Source: Candidatus Omnitrophota bacterium (lineage in GTDB: Bacteria > Omnitrophota > Gorgyraeia > Zapsychrales > JANLHA01). From it: 64,000 bases of DNA. A program made the position numbers and the translations under genes. The first letter of the stretch is position 1, and the number at the start of each line of letters is the position of its first letter. Under the pieces are notes generated by a model, which was given only the letters and a program-made list of their open reading frames with translations, was not told the DNA's origin and did no database searches. The stretch covers positions 79,411 through 143,410 of the forward strand of contig JAKQKX010000073.1 of the NCBI GenBank assembly GCA_029560465.1. Direction: 5' to 3'. Positions 63,301 to 64,000 of this stretch are shown in pieces.

Positions 63301-64000
63301 TGCTGAGAGCTTGGATTGCGAAAGCGATCGAAGTGATTAGTGGTTCTGAAAGCTTGTTGAGTAAGGTTCTTGGTGTGTTGACTGCTGGTAAAACAGCAGA
63401 AGCCGCCGAGAATAATGCCTTAGTAGAGAAGCTTGATCAGAATGTCGCTCAGGTTGGCAGTAGTGCGAAGTCTGACAAAGGCTCTGTTCGTATACAGTAT
63501 GATTATGTGAAGGAATTGCTTGGTGCCGAAGTTGTGGATGTGAGAACGGCCATAAGCGGTTCTGGATTAGTTTATACTAAAGATCTTGGTGTGTCGGTAA
63601 ATACGGCCGCTAAGAGCAATGCTGTTAGAACAGACAGAGATGCGGATGAGAATGCGGTAACTGTTACAGACGATAGAAGCACCTTTAGAACTGTTCTTGG
63701 GTCTCGTTGGATGGCTCGAGAAGGTTCTTTGAGTGCTGAGAAACCATTGGCTGCTACGGAAACTCCGATTAGCACGCCTGTATACTTTGTTGTTCCGGTT
63801 TCATTCTCTAAGAGCATTAGCCTCTTCATTCAAAACTTTAAGCGAGTAAATCTCGCCAAAGCCATTCGTGTTGTCTCTAAAGACATATTTGAGACATATG
63901 TCTTCATAAGGACAGCTCTTGCCTTAAACAAGGCTAAATATGTCATCTCTCCGAGAGCGGCAGGATTAACTTCTGTTGCCTCTACTACTATTTCTAATAC
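24327..64000 (+). CDS. giant multidomain protein, 3'-truncated by window edge (at least 13,224 codons)
   Basis: ATG at 24327 follows an in-frame TAA at 24309-24311. Frame (position mod 3 = 0) checked at ~24.8, 25.3, 52.1 and 53.4 kb and is continuous. The track shows no long + ORF here only because no stop occurs before 64000. Only short antisense or alternate-frame shadow ORFs are listed across 39.7 kb. Uniform coding character throughout. Confidence 0.85.
   Translation, partial: [13224 protein letters not shown]
24780..25230 (+). other. C39/papain-like cysteine peptidase-like domain inside the giant protein
   Basis: '[17 protein letters not shown]' (Cys in an xxCGxxALxxLL context) and, downstream, '[14 protein letters not shown]' (HFVxV His motif, then Asp). 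Cys...His...Asp order and spacing resemble peptidase C39 bacteriocin-processing domains. It follows the N-terminal TM anchor (~24465-24520). Confidence 0.45.
29250..31800 (+). repeat. in-frame tandem protein repeats (~170-180 aa unit, 'LSEEEKK...LIAAL..G' signature), at least 4 copies
   Basis: Recurring blocks '[26 protein letters not shown]', '[26 protein letters not shown]', '[27 protein letters not shown]', '[26 protein letters not shown]', '[26 protein letters not shown]' read from the translation. Confidence 0.6.
48700..49560 (+). other. protein-kinase-like (APH/Kdo-kinase-type) domain with non-canonical catalytic loop
   Basis: '[15 protein letters not shown]' (~49406-49450) aligns to the PKL catalytic loop H-G-D-L-H-P-G-N, but with His in place of the catalytic Asp. 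'VKFIDWKKL' (~49480-49505) aligns to the IDWE/DFG-equivalent metal-binding motif. Confidence 0.4.
50600..51250 (+). other. class I SAM-dependent methyltransferase domain 1
   Basis: Motif I '[14 protein letters not shown]' (~50698-50740). Acidic residue at end of beta-2 'IGIDPQ'. Motif IV-like '[17 protein letters not shown]'. Confidence 0.6.
51270..51830 (+). other. class I SAM-dependent methyltransferase-like domain 2
   Basis: '[30 protein letters not shown]' (motif I + beta-2 Asp, ~51328-51420) and '[11 protein letters not shown]' (post-II). More degenerate than domain 1. Confidence 0.45.
51945..53050 (+). other. GGDEF (diguanylate-cyclase-type) domain 1 with ~250-aa internal insertion
   Basis: '[18 protein letters not shown]', '[25 protein letters not shown]' (metal-binding D), '[13 protein letters not shown]' (GGEEF at 52182-52196). 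The C-terminal GGDEF helix '[19 protein letters not shown]' appears only at ~52985-53045. The insert contains duplicated 'LNDR(E/D)FVQ...' and 'M(R/M)QMPLAELPY(E)(Q/K)L(S/D)RWV' units. Confidence 0.7.
53190..53870 (+). other. GGDEF domain 2 with internal insertion
   Basis: '[16 protein letters not shown]', '[24 protein letters not shown]', '[13 protein letters not shown]' (GGEEF ~53418-53432). Insert with '[15 protein letters not shown]' and '[25 protein letters not shown]'. C-terminal '[21 protein letters not shown]'. Confidence 0.7.
55800..56900 (+). repeat. Met/Gln-rich in-frame tandem repeats (~25-aa unit '[24 protein letters not shown]') including a near-identical ~140-nt duplication
   Basis: About 7 copies of the unit. 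The nucleotide segment ~55841-55980 is almost identical (about 3 mismatches by hand count) to ~56299-56438. Direct reading. Confidence 0.7.
61560..63700 (+). repeat. C-terminal in-frame tandem repeats ('ELKTxWVRNxxRxxDN' ~40-aa units, then longer 'GS(V/E)(D/S)L(Y/L)S(R/K)VLGV...' units)
   Basis: Three consecutive ~120-nt units at ~61590-61900 ('agagttaaaaactaattgggtgagaaacgcc' / 'agagttaaaaactggttgggtgagaaacgtc' / 'gagttagagactcgatgggtgagcgccgat'). Two longer related units at ~62930-63060 and ~63340-63450. Confidence 0.55.
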